Origin: Burkholderiales bacterium
GTDB taxonomy: Bacteria > Pseudomonadota > Gammaproteobacteria > Burkholderiales > Burkholderiaceae_C
Direction of reading: 5' to 3'
Length of the DNA: 64,000 nt
Assembly: GCA_046342195.1 (NCBI GenBank)
Contig: JBKDQE010000020.1
Coordinates: 18,671 to 82,670, forward strand
Shown: piece after piece, positions 28,009 to 39,560 of the stretch
How the letters are laid out: each line of letters starts with the position of its first letter
Position numbering within the stretch: position 1 is the stretch's first letter
The notes under the pieces: generated by a model
Told to the model about the DNA's origin: nothing
What the model saw: the letters and a program-made list of their open reading frames with translations, nothing else
The model's database searches: none
Program-made: the position numbers and the translations under genes

Positions 28009-29673
28009 TTAAAGCAAAATACGTCGAAAGTCGGCCAAGACTTGGCACAAATAAGCATTGAAACGGGCTGCCGCTGCACCATCGATGACGCGGTGATCCC
28101 AGCTCAAGCTCAGAGGCAACATCAGGCGCGGCTGGAAAGCCTTGCCGTCCCACTGTGGCTCAATGGCACTCTTGCATACCCCCAAAATGGCGACTTCGGG
28201 CGCATTGATGATGGGCGTGAAGTAGCGTCCGCCGATGCCACCCAAAGAGGAAATCGAAAAACACCCCCCCGACATTTCCGCCGGGCCAAGCTTGCCATCG
28301 CGGGCTTTTTTGGCCAGCTCGCTCATTTCTTGAGAGATCTGCAACACGCCTTTTTGATCGGCATTTTTAATCACCGGCACCACCAGACCATTGGGGGTGT
28401 CTGCGGCAAAGCCCACATGAAAATACTGCTTTTGAACGATCTGGTCGCCATCCAGCGAAGCATTGAACTCGGGAAACTTCTTCAAAGCCGCAACACTGGC
28501 TTTGATGAGAAAGGCCAGCATGGTCACCTTGACCCCGGATTTTTCATTTTCCTTGTTCAATTGAACCCGGAATGATTCGAGGTCAGTGATGTCGGCATCA
28601 TCGTGGTTGGTGACGTGTGGAATCAGCACCCAATTGCGATGCAGGTTGGCGCCACTGATTTTCTTGATGCGCGGGAGATCTTTGCGCTCAATAGGGCCGA
28701 ACTTGGCAAAATCAAGCTGAGGCCAAGGCAGCAAACCCGGAAAGGCGCCCCCTGCCGAAGCACCTGCCGGAACGGCCTGGGCAGACTGAGCCTGGGTGCG
28801 AATGTTGCCCGCCATGACCGCCTTAACAAACTGGTGAATGTCTGCCTGCGTAATGCGACCTTTTGAACCAGAACCCTTGACCTCCAGCAAAGGCACGCCC
28901 AGTTCGCGGGCCAAACGCCGGATCGAAGGCGAAGCGTGCGGCATCATGCCAACTTTGGGCGCCGTGGGCTCATGCACCGGCATGGAAAGACTGGCTGCAG
29001 GGGCAGAAGACAAGGCAGGAGCTGATGCGGCCACAGGCTCGGAACCCTTCGAAACTGCTGCAGAAGCAGGCACTGAAATAGCACCCGCAGCCCCAGCAAC
29101 TTCAACCAGGGCCAAGAGGCTACCCTTAGACACCTTATCACCAAGCTTGACCTTCACCTCTTTGATGATGCCCGCATGGGACGAAGGGATTTCCATCGAT
29201 GCCTTGTCAGACTCGACCGTGATCAGGCTTTGCTCCACTTGAATGGCGTCTCCGGGCTTGACAAACACCTCGATCACCGCCACCGAATCAAAGTCGCCAA
29301 TGTCGGGAACAAGCACTTCAACCAGACTGACAGAGGATGACAAAGCCACTGCAGCAGGCGCAGCAGCTACAGGCGCTGTGGCCGGGGCGGCCAGAACCAC
29401 CGCTGAAGCTGGAGCAGGGCTGGCCGCAGGCTCACCCGAGGCTTCAAGCCACAACACCAAAGAGCCTTCGCTCACTTTATCGCCCACCTTGACCTTGAGC
29501 TCTTTCACCACCCCGGCATGCGAGCACGGGATTTCCATCGATGCTTTATCACTTTCGACCGTGATCAGGCTTTGTTCCGCCTTGACTGTGTCGCCGGGCT
29601 TCACCAAAACCTCAATGATTTGCACATCCTTAAAGTCCCCGATATCAGGAACCTTGACTTCAACCAATGACAT
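28009..29673 (-). CDS. aceF: pyruvate dehydrogenase E2 dihydrolipoamide acetyltransferase (two lipoyl domains)
   Basis: Two lipoyl domains, an E3-binding segment ([14 protein letters not shown]) and a catalytic domain with the DHRVIDGA motif. Confidence 0.95.
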   Translation of the reverse strand: [554 protein letters not shown]

Positions 29674-29782
29674 GGAATGTCTCCGCTATGTCGATGTTCT
29701 TGATGCTTGCGCAAACTGCACACAAGCCTGAGCAGGATGCTTCCCCCCGGGGTGAGGCATCCTGGCTGTGTTGTGCCCTGGA

Positions 29783-32509
29783 TCAGGCGTAGAGAGGGTT
29801 GATTTTTTCGGTGTTGATGCCATACTTTTCGATGGCTTCGGCGACCTTGGCAACGGGCACGCTGCCTTCGTCGGCGAGCGCCCTGAGCGTCGCCACCACA
29901 ATATAGTGGCGGTTGACCTCAAAGTGCTGGCGTAACTTGGTACGGAAGTCACTGCGGCCAAAACCGTCCGTTCCAAGCACCTTGTACGAGCGACCCTTCG
30001 GCATGAAGGCCCGGATTTGCTCGGCATAGTTCTTCATGTAGTCCGTCGAGGCAATGACGGGGCCCGGGTGTTTGTCAAGCTGCTCCGTGACAAACGGAAC
30101 GCGAGGCGTTTCGCTTGGGTGCAGCAAATTCCAACGCTCAACGTCCTGGCCATCACGCGCCAACTCATTGAAACTCGGGCAACTCCAGACATTCGCCGCG
30201 ACCCCCCAGTCGGCTTCGAGCAAACCTTGAGCCGCCATGCTTTCACGCAAGATGGAGCCTGAACCCAACAAATTCACACAAGGAGTTTTCTTCGCGGCCT
30301 TGCCTTCTTCAAGCAAATACATGCCTTTAATGATCTGCTCTTGTGTGCCTTCACGCAGCCCTGGCATGGAGTAGTTTTCATTCAGGAGCGTGAGGTAGAA
30401 ATACACATTGTCTTGCTTTTCGACCATGCGTTTGAGGCCATGGTGCAAAATGACCGCCACTTCGTGAGCAAAGCTGGGGTCATAGCTGATGCAGTTCGGG
30501 ATGGTGCCCGCCAGGATCTGGCTGTGGCCATCTTCGTGCTGCAAGCCTTCGCCGTTCAGGGTCGTGCGGCCGGAAGTTCCGCCCAGCAAGAAACCACGCG
30601 CCTGCATATCGCCGGCTGCCCAAGCCAAGTCACCAATGCGCTGAAAACCGAACATTGAGTAGTACACATAAAACGGCACCATGATGCGATTGTTCGTGCT
30701 GTAAGACGTGGCTGCGGCAATCCAGCTGCTCATGCCGCCGGCTTCATTGATGCCTTCTTGAAGAATTTGGCCGCTTTTATCTTCGCGGTAGTACATGACC
30801 TGGTCTTTGTCGACCGGGGTGTAATTCTGACCCGCAGGGTTGTAAATGCCAATTTGACGAAACAAACCTTCCATTCCGAAAGTACGGGCTTCATCGACCA
30901 AAATCGGGACGGCCCGCGGGCCGAGGTCTTTGTCGCGCAGTAGCTGCGTCAGGAAGCGCACATAGGCTTGGGTGGTCGAGATTTCACGGCCCTCCGTGGT
31001 GGGCTCGAGAACCGCTTTGAAGGTATCCAGCGGCGGCACCGCAAGCTTCTCGTCCGCCTTGGTGCGACGATGTGGCAAATAGCCCCCCAAGGCACGGCGG
31101 CGCTCATGAAGATAGCGCATCTCGGGCGTATCGTCGGCGGGCTTGTAAAAGGGAATGTCCTTGTCAATTTGCTCATCAGACACTGGAATATTGAAGCGGT
31201 CCCGGAAGCCTTTGATATCGTCGTTGGTCAGCTTTTTGGTTTGGTGCGCCGTATTCTTGCCTTCACCGCTTTTGCCCATGCCAAAGCCCTTGACCGTCTT
31301 GACCAGCAACACGGTCGGTTGGCCCTTGTGGTTCACGGCGCGGTGGTAGGCAGCGTAAACTTTTTGTGGGTCATGCCCCCCGCGGTTCAAACGCCAAATG
31401 TCGTCATCGCTCATTTTGGCCACCATTTCAAGCAGCTTGGGGTGCTTACCGAAAAAATGTTTGCGCACGAACGCACCATCATTGGCTTTCATGGCCTGAT
31501 AGTCACCGTCGACGGTTTCCATCATGACTTTGCGTAAAATTCCGTCCTTGTCGCGTGCCAGCAAGGGGTCCCAGGCGCTGCCCCACAACAATTTGATGAC
31601 ATTCCAGCCTGCACCACGGAATTCGCCTTCGAGTTCTTGAATGATTTTTCCATTACCACGCACCGGGCCATCAAGGCGCTGCAAGTTGCAATTGACGACA
31701 AAAATCAGGTTATCGAGCTGCTCGCGGGCAGCGAGGCTGATGGCGCCCAAAGATTCTGGCTCGTCCATCTCGCCGTCGCCACAGAACACCCACACCTTGC
31801 GGTTTTCGGTGTTGGCCATGCCACGGGCGTGCAGATACTTCAGAAAACGGGCCTGATAAATCGCCATCAAGGGTCCGAGGCCCATCGACACGGTCGGGAA
31901 TTGCCAAAACTCAGGCATCAGCTTGGGGTGCGGGTAACTTGAAACTCCCTTGCCATCAACCTCCTGGCGAAAATTCAGCAATTGCTCTTCAGTGATGCGG
32001 CCTTCCATAAAGGCCCGCGCGTAGATGCCGGGCGAAGAATGCCCCTGCACATAAAGGAGATCACCGCCGTGGTTGCCGCCCTTGTCGGTGTTGTCAGCGT
32101 GCCAAAAATGATTAAAGCCAGCCCCAAAAAGTGTCGCCAATGAGGCAAAACTGGAAATGTGCCCGCCCAGGTCGCCTCCATCCGCAGGACTGAGACGGTT
32201 GGCCTTCACCACCATCGCCATGGCGTTCCAACGCATGTAGGCGCGCAAACGTTCTTCGATTTCAAGATTACCGGAGCAACGTTCTTCCTGGTCTGCCGGG
32301 ATCGTGTTGACATAAGCGGTTTGAGCGGAAAATGGATGATCCACCCCGGCCTGGCGTGCGTGGTCGATCAAGCGTTCCAGCAAAAAGTGGGCGCGTTCGC
32401 TGCCTTCAGCAGCCATAACGCCTGACAAAGCATCTAACCACTCACGAGTTTCTTGCGAATCGCTGTCGTTGGCAGCGGCCCCGATAAACGACTCAGGCAT
32501 GGCGGACAT
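29783..32509 (-). CDS. aceE: pyruvate dehydrogenase E1 component (homodimeric type)
   Basis: ~900 aa AceE-type E1 with the ThDP-binding GDGEMDEPES motif. Located upstream of aceF. Confidence 0.95.
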   Translation of the reverse strand: MSAMPESFIGAAANDSDSQETREWLDALSGVMAAEGSERAHFLLERLIDHARQAGVDHPFSAQTAYVNTIPADQEERCSGNLEIEERLRAYMRWNAMAMVVKANRLSPADGGDLGGHISSFASLATLFGAGFNHFWHADNTDKGGNHGGDLLYVQGHSSPGIYARAFMEGRITEEQLLNFRQEVDGKGVSSYPHPKLMPEFWQFPTVSMGLGPLMAIYQARFLKYLHARGMANTENRKVWVFCGDGEMDEPESLGAISLAAREQLDNLIFVVNCNLQRLDGPVRGNGKIIQELEGEFRGAGWNVIKLLWGSAWDPLLARDKDGILRKVMMETVDGDYQAMKANDGAFVRKHFFGKHPKLLEMVAKMSDDDIWRLNRGGHDPQKVYAAYHRAVNHKGQPTVLLVKTVKGFGMGKSGEGKNTAHQTKKLTNDDIKGFRDRFNIPVSDEQIDKDIPFYKPADDTPEMRYLHERRRALGGYLPHRRTKADEKLAVPPLDTFKAVLEPTTEGREISTTQAYVRFLTQLLRDKDLGPRAVPILVDEARTFGMEGLFRQIGIYNPAGQNYTPVDKDQVMYYREDKSGQILQEGINEAGGMSSWIAAATSYSTNNRIMVPFYVYYSMFGFQRIGDLAWAAGDMQARGFLLGGTSGRTTLNGEGLQHEDGHSQILAGTIPNCISYDPSFAHEVAVILHHGLKRMVEKQDNVYFYLTLLNENYSMPGLREGTQEQIIKGMYLLEEGKAAKKTPCVNLLGSGSILRESMAAQGLLEADWGVAANVWSCPSFNELARDGQDVERWNLLHPSETPRVPFVTEQLDKHPGPVIASTDYMKNYAEQIRAFMPKGRSYKVLGTDGFGRSDFRTKLRQHFEVNRHYIVVATLRALADEGSVPVAKVAEAIEKYGINTEKINPLYA

Positions 32510-32759
32510 GTGGTCTCCTGTGTTGGTGTTTTAAAAACGGTTTCACAGTGTCGCACAAGCCTCGTTATTTTTCAAATAGCGCTATGCAGTTTCACATTAA
32601 GAAAAATAACCTGGTGAGGCGCCCCTGTATGGAATGACCCTACCCTGTGTCCTGCCGGCTTTTGAAGGGCAAGGTCAGCTGCGTCAGAATGATGGCCCGC
32701 GGAACAACCTTGGCGCAGATACCCACACACTACGCCACAATTCCACAACTTTCAAAAAG

Positions 32760-34643
32760 TCAGGCCGCCATCAACAAGGTATTGACCCGATGCACATAAG
32801 AAGAAGGGTCTTCCAGTTGGCCGCCTTCAGCCAGAAGGGCTTGGTCAAACAGAATATGCGCCCAATCATCAAAGCGCGGGCTTTCTTGCAGCCGCTTGAT
32901 CAGAATATGCTCTGCATTGACCTCCAGGGTTGGAAGGGCCTTGGTGGCAGCCTGACCTGCCTGCTTGAGCATACGCGCGAGGTGAGCACTCATGTCCCCC
33001 TCCTCGACCACCAGGCAAGCCGGTGAATCTACCAAGCGGGTGGTGACCCTGACGTCTTTGGCGCGATCTTTGAGGGCTTCTTTTAATTTGTCAAGCACAG
33101 GCTTGAAGGCTGTGGCAGCTTCCTCGGCTTGTTTTTTCTCGGCTTCATCTTGCAATTTGCCGAGATCAATGGCCCCTTTGGCCACACTTTGCAAAGGCTT
33201 GCCATCAAATTCATACAAATGGCTGAGCATCCACTCGTCGACGCGGTCAACCAAGAGAATGACCTCAATGCCTTTTTTACGGAAAATTTCGAGTTGCGGG
33301 CTGCTTTTGGCTGCGGCGAGAGAATCGGCCGTAATCACATAAATGGCTTCCTGGCCCTCTTTCATGCGACCGACATAGTCAGCAAATGAAACGCCTTCAT
33401 CAGCCTGCGTAGATGCAAAGCGGAACAGTTTGGCCAAGCGATCTTGATTGGCATGGTCTTCGCCAATGCCTTCTTTCAGCACACTGCCAAAATCTTTCCA
33501 GAAGGCGGCGTACTTGGCACGTTCGGCGGCGTCATCGCTGTTGGCGAGGGCTTCAAGCATCCCCAGCACACGCTTGGTACTGCCCTCACGAATGGCTTTC
33601 ACATCGCGGCTTTCTTGAAGCAACTCTCGGGAGACATTCAAGGGCAGGTCTGAGCTGTCAATCACACCTTTGACAAAACGCAGGTAAACCGGCATCAATG
33701 CCTCTGCGTCGTCCATGATGAATACGCGCTTCACATAGAGCTTGACCCCGCCGCGCTTGTCGCGATTCCATAAATCAAACGGCGCCTTGCCGGGAATATA
33801 AAGCAGTTGGGTGTATTCGCTACGACCCTCCACCCGGTTGTGAGTGTAGGCCAGCGGGTCTTGCTGGTCATAGCTGATTTGCTTATAGAACTCGTGGTAT
33901 TGCTCAGGAGTGATGTCATTTTTGGGGCGTGTCCAGAGGGCAGCGGCTTTGTTGACCGCAGTCCATTCCTCTTGCTTGACCTGTTTCTGGGCCTCAGCAT
34001 CCCACTCTTCTTTTTGCATCAGCACCGGCAGTGAGATGTGATCTGAGTATTTGCTGATGATGGAACGCAGCTTCCAGGCGGTGAGAAATTCTTCTTCACC
34101 CTCACGCAGATGTAAAACGACCGAAGTGCCGCGCTGGGGCCGCTCGATTGACTCGACCTCGAACTCGCCTGTGCCCCCGGAAGACCAACGCACTCCTTCC
34201 GCAGGCGGCAGGCCAGCGCGACGCGACTCAACCACAATCCGATCAGCCACGATAAACCCGCTGTAAAAACCAACCCCGAACTGGCCGATCAATTGAGCGT
34301 CTTTTTTCTGATCGCCCGCCAAAGCTGCCATGAATTCGCGCGTACCGCTTTTGGCAATGGTGCCCAGGTTCGCCACGGCCTCATCAAGTGACAACCCAAT
34401 TCCGTTGTCAGTGATGGTGATGGTTTTGGCCTCGGCATCCACCGATACCCGAACCTCCAGATTGGGGCTGTCCTCAAACAGGGCTGCATGATTCAGAGCC
34501 TCAAAGCGCAACTTGTCACAGGCATCTGACGCATTGGAAATCAATTCACGGACAAAAATTTCCTTGTTCGAGTACAAGGAATGCGTGACAAGGTGAAGGA
34601 TTTGTGTGACTTCAGCCTGAAAGGCGCGGGTTTGTTTTTCCAT
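32760..34643 (-). CDS. htpG: molecular chaperone HtpG (Hsp90)
   Basis: N-terminal [26 protein letters not shown] and GQFGVGFYS motifs. 627 aa. Confidence 0.95.
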   Translation of the reverse strand: MEKQTRAFQAEVTQILHLVTHSLYSNKEIFVRELISNASDACDKLRFEALNHAALFEDSPNLEVRVSVDAEAKTITITDNGIGLSLDEAVANLGTIAKSGTREFMAALAGDQKKDAQLIGQFGVGFYSGFIVADRIVVESRRAGLPPAEGVRWSSGGTGEFEVESIERPQRGTSVVLHLREGEEEFLTAWKLRSIISKYSDHISLPVLMQKEEWDAEAQKQVKQEEWTAVNKAAALWTRPKNDITPEQYHEFYKQISYDQQDPLAYTHNRVEGRSEYTQLLYIPGKAPFDLWNRDKRGGVKLYVKRVFIMDDAEALMPVYLRFVKGVIDSSDLPLNVSRELLQESRDVKAIREGSTKRVLGMLEALANSDDAAERAKYAAFWKDFGSVLKEGIGEDHANQDRLAKLFRFASTQADEGVSFADYVGRMKEGQEAIYVITADSLAAAKSSPQLEIFRKKGIEVILLVDRVDEWMLSHLYEFDGKPLQSVAKGAIDLGKLQDEAEKKQAEEAATAFKPVLDKLKEALKDRAKDVRVTTRLVDSPACLVVEEGDMSAHLARMLKQAGQAATKALPTLEVNAEHILIKRLQESPRFDDWAHILFDQALLAEGGQLEDPSSYVHRVNTLLMAA

Positions 34644-34704
34644 GATTGATTGATGAAATGATTAAAAGTGGACGCGGGAACTTTATTTACCCCCCAGATG
34701 AAAC

Positions 34705-34732
34705 CCGGGGGGATTCTTGCGGAGTTTTCCAA
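34705..34732 (-). promoter_or_regulatory. candidate sigma-32 type promoter of htpG
   Basis: On the minus strand: TTGGAAA, 13 nt, CCCCCCGG, about 60 nt upstream of the htpG ATG. This resembles CTTGAAA-N13/14-CCCCATNT. Confidence 0.35.
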
Positions 34733-35002
34733 CGGATTTTTTGCATCGGTGCTGCTTTTTTACAAAAATGCCCCGAATGAGCGCCATAGTTCGGGGCTCA
34801 GGTGCAAATTTCAAGGTTCCGCCTTGGCAGAATCAAAGGCTTGTGCCCCCACAATACAGCGAGGCTTGCGTGTTGCAAAGCCTTCTGCGCCCATGATTTC
34901 ACCTTGACACACCCCATTTTGAGGTCATTGTTTTGCAGCCCGCTCCAGACAGATCACCGTCTTCTGGAGGGATGATGTTCCATTCACACTGAAAGCCACA
35001 CC

Positions 35003-36085
35003 ATGCTCTTCGATACTTTTTCTCTGGGTTCGATTTCTTTGGCCAATCGACTGGTCATGAGCCCCATGACACGCAGCCGCGCCGTCGAACACAACACCCC
35101 CAATGCTTTGATGGCAACTTATTATGCGCAGCGGGCCTCAGCCGGCCTGATAATTGCCGAAGGTACCTCGCCTTCGCCGAATGGCCTCGGATACGCCCGC
35201 ATTCCGGGGCTTTTCAACCGTGAGCACGTGAAAGGCTGGAAGCTTGTCACTGAGGCGGTGCACAGCGAAGGCGGCAAAATTGTGGTGCAGCTCATGCACA
35301 CCGGTTGGGTCACCCACCTGGCCAATTTGCCTGTGGGAGCGCGCGTGCTCGGGCCCGTCACAGGCCAATGCCCCGGCACCCTCTGGACCGACACCCAAGG
35401 CATGCAAGCTCACTCGCTCGCACAAGCCATGACCGAAGCTGACATTGCCGCCACCGTGAAAGAGTACGCTCAGGCTGCCGCCTTGGCCATGGAAGCCGGG
35501 TTTGATGGCGTGGAAGTACATGCCGCCAATGGCTACCTCATTGAGCAATTTCTTAATGCCAACGTCAATACCCGCACCGACGACTACGGCGGCAGCATTG
35601 AGGGGCGCAACCGATTTACCCTCGAAGTGCTTGCAGCCACGACTCAAGCCATTGGCTCACAGCATGTGGGCCTGCGTTTGTCTCCTTACGGGGTCTTTAA
35701 TTCTACGGGGCCGTTTCCAGAGGTCGAGGCCCAGCTTCTGGCCCTGACGCAGGCCTTGTCTGAGTTGCGTTTGATGTATCTGCATGTACTGGACCACTCC
35801 GCGATGGGCGCCCCGCCAGTTCCCGAAGCCCTCAAGCAGCAAATGCGCAAGACCTTCAAAGGGCCTTTTATTGCCGCAGGAGGGTTTGACCGCGACAGTG
35901 CCGAAGCCACCTTGCAGGCTGGTTCGGCAGACTTGATTGGCATTGGGCGTGCATTCTTGGCCAACCCCGACCTGGTTACCCGCTGGAAGGCGGGTGCTGC
36001 CCTGAACACCCCGGATATGTCCACGTTCTACACGGCAGATGCCAAGGGCTATACAGACTACCCAAGGATGGCGGTTGCAGAATGA
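35003..36085 (+). CDS. alkene reductase / NADH:flavin oxidoreductase (Old Yellow Enzyme family)
   Basis: OYE blocks LANRLVMSPMTRSRA, QLMHTGW, GFDGVEVHAANGYLIEQFL and RTDDYGGS. Confidence 0.9.
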   Translation: MLFDTFSLGSISLANRLVMSPMTRSRAVEHNTPNALMATYYAQRASAGLIIAEGTSPSPNGLGYARIPGLFNREHVKGWKLVTEAVHSEGGKIVVQLMHTGWVTHLANLPVGARVLGPVTGQCPGTLWTDTQGMQAHSLAQAMTEADIAATVKEYAQAAALAMEAGFDGVEVHAANGYLIEQFLNANVNTRTDDYGGSIEGRNRFTLEVLAATTQAIGSQHVGLRLSPYGVFNSTGPFPEVEAQLLALTQALSELRLMYLHVLDHSAMGAPPVPEALKQQMRKTFKGPFIAAGGFDRDSAEATLQAGSADLIGIGRAFLANPDLVTRWKAGAALNTPDMSTFYTADAKGYTDYPRMAVAE

Positions 36086-36493
36086 GCCGCTTTTATTGAT
36101 CAGATTGAATTTTGCAGGGCTGGCGACAGGGGCTTGCCCAGCCTGCCGTGCATGAGGGGGTTCGCTTTCAGCAATGAGTGCCATGTGCCGAGGTATCAAG
36201 CAAGTTTTGAAAGCCCCTGATTTTTGAGGCAAGTCCCACGGTATAGAGGGGAATTTCTGCTTTTTTTGTCGCGGCAATACTGCCTCGTGGGGAGTAGGAT
36301 CAGTCAAAAATATAAAGAGATTCTTCTCTTTAGCTTTTCAATGGAAGTGCCGATCAACAAGTTCACCTTTGGTTCGATCAAGACCTATGGCCTTTACTGA
36401 GCATTTTTTAGGCGTTCCTGTTGTCGCCGCTTCTTCCCTGCCTCCCGGTCTGGGTGGCCACCCTTTGCCGCCAGACCTTGAGAGGAAGGAAAA

Positions 36494-39451
36494 ATGATCA
36501 CATCAAATACCTTCTCGCCCAGTAAAGCCAGAACCTCCCTGCTACAAAAATACAGCCTGGTGTTTGGCATAGTGGTGCTGTTTTCACTGGCGCTCAGCGG
36601 CATGACCAGCCTTTATTTTTTTTATGAGCAAAGCCGTTCTGCGGTGCTTGCCCAGGAAAGGGAAAAAGCCATTGCCGCTGCCGACAAAATCGGCCAATAT
36701 ATCACCGACATTGAGCAGCGAATTGCTCACATGCTCCCGGCAAAGAAAGGCCTCTCAGCCCTGCAAAAGCGAATTTCTGAAGTCAGTTTTTTAGCCCAGA
36801 TTCCGGCCATCACTCAAGTCACGCTTCTGGATCAAAACGGGCGTGAACGTTTTCACAGCAGCACGTCCAGCCCCGATGTTTTTGACAGCTTGACAGACCA
36901 CTCAATGACCGAAGCTTTTCGTCAGGCCAAGCCAGGGCAACCCTACAGAAGCCAGATTCAATTCAAGAATCAAGTACAGCCCTATATGGTCATTGCCATG
37001 ACCGTCGGGCCACAGGATGCAGGTATTACCATTGTCGAATTGAATCTGGAGTTTTTGCTTGAGGGGGTCAGCCGGATCAAAATTGGTGAAAGCGGCTATG
37101 CCTATGTGCTCGATTCCCATGGTCAATTGGTGGCACACCCCAATTTGAGCCTGGTCATGAGTCGGGAAAATTTCTCTGGCCTTCCGCAATGGTCTGCCGC
37201 AAAAGCGCGTATTGCCGAATCAGATCAAGCCGCCACCAAGGCTGTCGACAGTCATGGCAACCGGGTATTGGCCGCCTATGCGCTCATTCCTCACCTTGAA
37301 TGGTGGGTGTTTGCAGAACAGCCCCTTGCTGAAGCCTTGGCACCGGTTTATGCCTCGCTGTTACGGCAAGGGTTGTTCTTGTTGTTGGGGCTCATGGGGG
37401 CCTTGATTGCCAGTGTCGTGATTGTTCGAAAAATGGTATCTCCTGTCCATGCCCTGCGCCGTGGGGCCATGGCGATTGGTGCGGGGCTGCTGGATTATCG
37501 AATCAAAGTTCAGACGGGTGACGAACTTGAAGACCTCTCTGATCAATTCAATCAAATGGCGCAACAATTGCAAGCCTCTTACGCCAATCTGGAACAAAGG
37601 GTTTTAAGCCGTACCGCTGAATTGACACAGCAAAAAGAGTTGGCGCAACAACAAAACTGGGAATTGGCTGTTTCTCACAGCAACCTGCAAGAAACCCAAG
37701 AGCGCCTGAAAAGCGCCTACTTGTCTCTCAAAGAGCACGAAACTGAATTAACGCAGGCCCGCATGGTTGCAGAGGATGCTTCGAAGCAAAAGTCGGCTTT
37801 TTTGGCCACCATCAGCCACGAGATGCGCACCCCACTGGGGGGAGTCATTGGCATCCTGGGGCTGGCCTTGCGCGACACACGACTGTGGCCAGACATTCGA
37901 CAGCAAATTGAACTGGCCCGACGCAATGCAAAATCGCTGCTTTACATCATCAATGATGTTCTTGATATCTCGAAAATTGAAGCCGGCAAACTCACCTTGG
38001 AGTCTGTGGATTTTGATCTGCCCGGCATGATTTGTGAGGCAAGCGCTTTGCTGAATGAACGCGCCCATGACAAAGACCTGCTGCTGAACCTTGACATTGG
38101 CCCTGGCGTTCCTCGATTTTGCCTGGGTGACCCCACAAGAATCCGGCAAGTCATCATCAATCTTTTGGGGAATGCCATCAAGTTCACCAAACAAGGTGAG
38201 GTGCGCCTCAGTGCCAGGGTGCTGGAATTAAAACCCAACCTGACATGGGTTGAGTTTACCGTGAGCGACACAGGGCCGGGTATTTCTGAGAAAGCCATAG
38301 ACCGCCTGTTTGAAAAATTTGAACAGGCCGATGCCTCCACAACCCGACGTTTCGGGGGCACCGGCCTGGGCCTGGCCATTTGTAAAGAATTGGTGTCACT
38401 GATGGGCGGAACCATTCAGGTGAAGAGCACTCTCGGTCAAGGCTCGGTATTCAGCTTCAGGCTGCCCTTGACGCATGGTTCCAAAACCCTTGCGCTGCCC
38501 GACAACGGATGGATTCCGCAGAGCCACTTGTATCAGTTGCGCATTCTGTGCGCCGAAGATGGCCCCACCAACCAGATCATCATCCGATCGCTGCTTGAAG
38601 AAATGGGGCATATGGTGGACTTGGTCGAGGACGGCCTCAGCGCCATCAAGGCGCTTTCGGAAAAAGACTACGATACCGTGCTCATGGACGGACGCATGCC
38701 CTTCATGGATGGGCAGGAAGCCGCTCAACGAATTCGGGCCGGGGGTACACAGCAATACCCCATCAAAAACACCACGATACCAATTATCGCCCTGACGGCC
38801 AACGCCAGCAAGGAGGATCAAGGCCTTTACCTTGCTTCGGGGATGGATGGGTTTTTGAGTAAGCCTATTGATGAAAAAGCCTTGTTTGAAGAATTAAAAA
38901 AAGTAATTACCAGCCTCCTCAGCAAGGGAGTCAGCCTTCCACCACTTACCCCCAAAGAGGACGTCGAGCCAGTGACCAGTGCCTTGCCTCTTTCTGGGGG
39001 CGCCCTCGACCCATGGCCCGAACTTCACAGCAGTGATTTTTTGGCGACCACTCCGCAGCAGCCAGCATTCACAGAAGCCCTCAAAAAACTGCAACCGGCA
39101 TCAACTCACTCAGGCGCCAAAATGCCGCTCATGTCTCGCATGAGCTCAGTATTCATTGAAGAAGCTCCAAAGCGTATGCTTTCAGCCCAGGCGGCACTTC
39201 GTGCTGGTGACGCCCATGCGGTGGCCCTGGAAATGCACACCCTCAAGAGCTCGCTGGGCTACTTCAAATTGGCCACCCTGCAGGGCGAATTCGATCGCCT
39301 CGAAGCAATGGCCGAGGCTGGCAACTTGGCCTTGATTGAAAGCCACATGGATCGCCTCAATCAAATGCTTTCCAGCTGTATTGATACCCTTTCGAATACA
39401 TCGGATGATTCTGACCCAAAACGTATGAACACGGTTAATCTCGGCTCATGA
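36494..39451 (+). CDS. hybrid sensor histidine kinase/response regulator (Cache-HAMP-HisKA-HATPase-REC-HPt)
   Basis: TM, then a Cache-like periplasmic region (GYAYVLDSHGQLVAHPN), a second TM, HAMP, H-box SHEMRTPL, N/G boxes (GNAIKFT, GGTGLGLAI), REC (LMDGRMPFMDG) and C-terminal HPt (HTLKSS). Confidence 0.9.
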   Translation: MITSNTFSPSKARTSLLQKYSLVFGIVVLFSLALSGMTSLYFFYEQSRSAVLAQEREKAIAAADKIGQYITDIEQRIAHMLPAKKGLSALQKRISEVSFLAQIPAITQVTLLDQNGRERFHSSTSSPDVFDSLTDHSMTEAFRQAKPGQPYRSQIQFKNQVQPYMVIAMTVGPQDAGITIVELNLEFLLEGVSRIKIGESGYAYVLDSHGQLVAHPNLSLVMSRENFSGLPQWSAAKARIAESDQAATKAVDSHGNRVLAAYALIPHLEWWVFAEQPLAEALAPVYASLLRQGLFLLLGLMGALIASVVIVRKMVSPVHALRRGAMAIGAGLLDYRIKVQTGDELEDLSDQFNQMAQQLQASYANLEQRVLSRTAELTQQKELAQQQNWELAVSHSNLQETQERLKSAYLSLKEHETELTQARMVAEDASKQKSAFLATISHEMRTPLGGVIGILGLALRDTRLWPDIRQQIELARRNAKSLLYIINDVLDISKIEAGKLTLESVDFDLPGMICEASALLNERAHDKDLLLNLDIGPGVPRFCLGDPTRIRQVIINLLGNAIKFTKQGEVRLSARVLELKPNLTWVEFTVSDTGPGISEKAIDRLFEKFEQADASTTRRFGGTGLGLAICKELVSLMGGTIQVKSTLGQGSVFSFRLPLTHGSKTLALPDNGWIPQSHLYQLRILCAEDGPTNQIIIRSLLEEMGHMVDLVEDGLSAIKALSEKDYDTVLMDGRMPFMDGQEAAQRIRAGGTQQYPIKNTTIPIIALTANASKEDQGLYLASGMDGFLSKPIDEKALFEELKKVITSLLSKGVSLPPLTPKEDVEPVTSALPLSGGALDPWPELHSSDFLATTPQQPAFTEALKKLQPASTHSGAKMPLMSRMSSVFIEEAPKRMLSAQAALRAGDAHAVALEMHTLKSSLGYFKLATLQGEFDRLEAMAEAGNLALIESHMDRLNQMLSSCIDTLSNTSDDSDPKRMNTVNLGS

Positions 39452-39560
39452 GGCGTCATTGGCGTGGCAAAATTTAATCATTTCGCCATTCCTTTGCAGA
39501 CCAAAATAACGGGGGCAACTGCATTTTCCGGATGCTGCAATGGCACGCCGCATGACAGGT

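Noticed and set aside
27895-28575. 226-aa plus-strand ORF across the aceF/lpdA junction
   Set aside because: Antisense to both genes and crossing their intergenic spacer. No motifs.
35657-36307. 216-aa minus-strand ORF
   Set aside because: Mostly antisense to the OYE reductase gene. The remainder has no start context or recognisable features.
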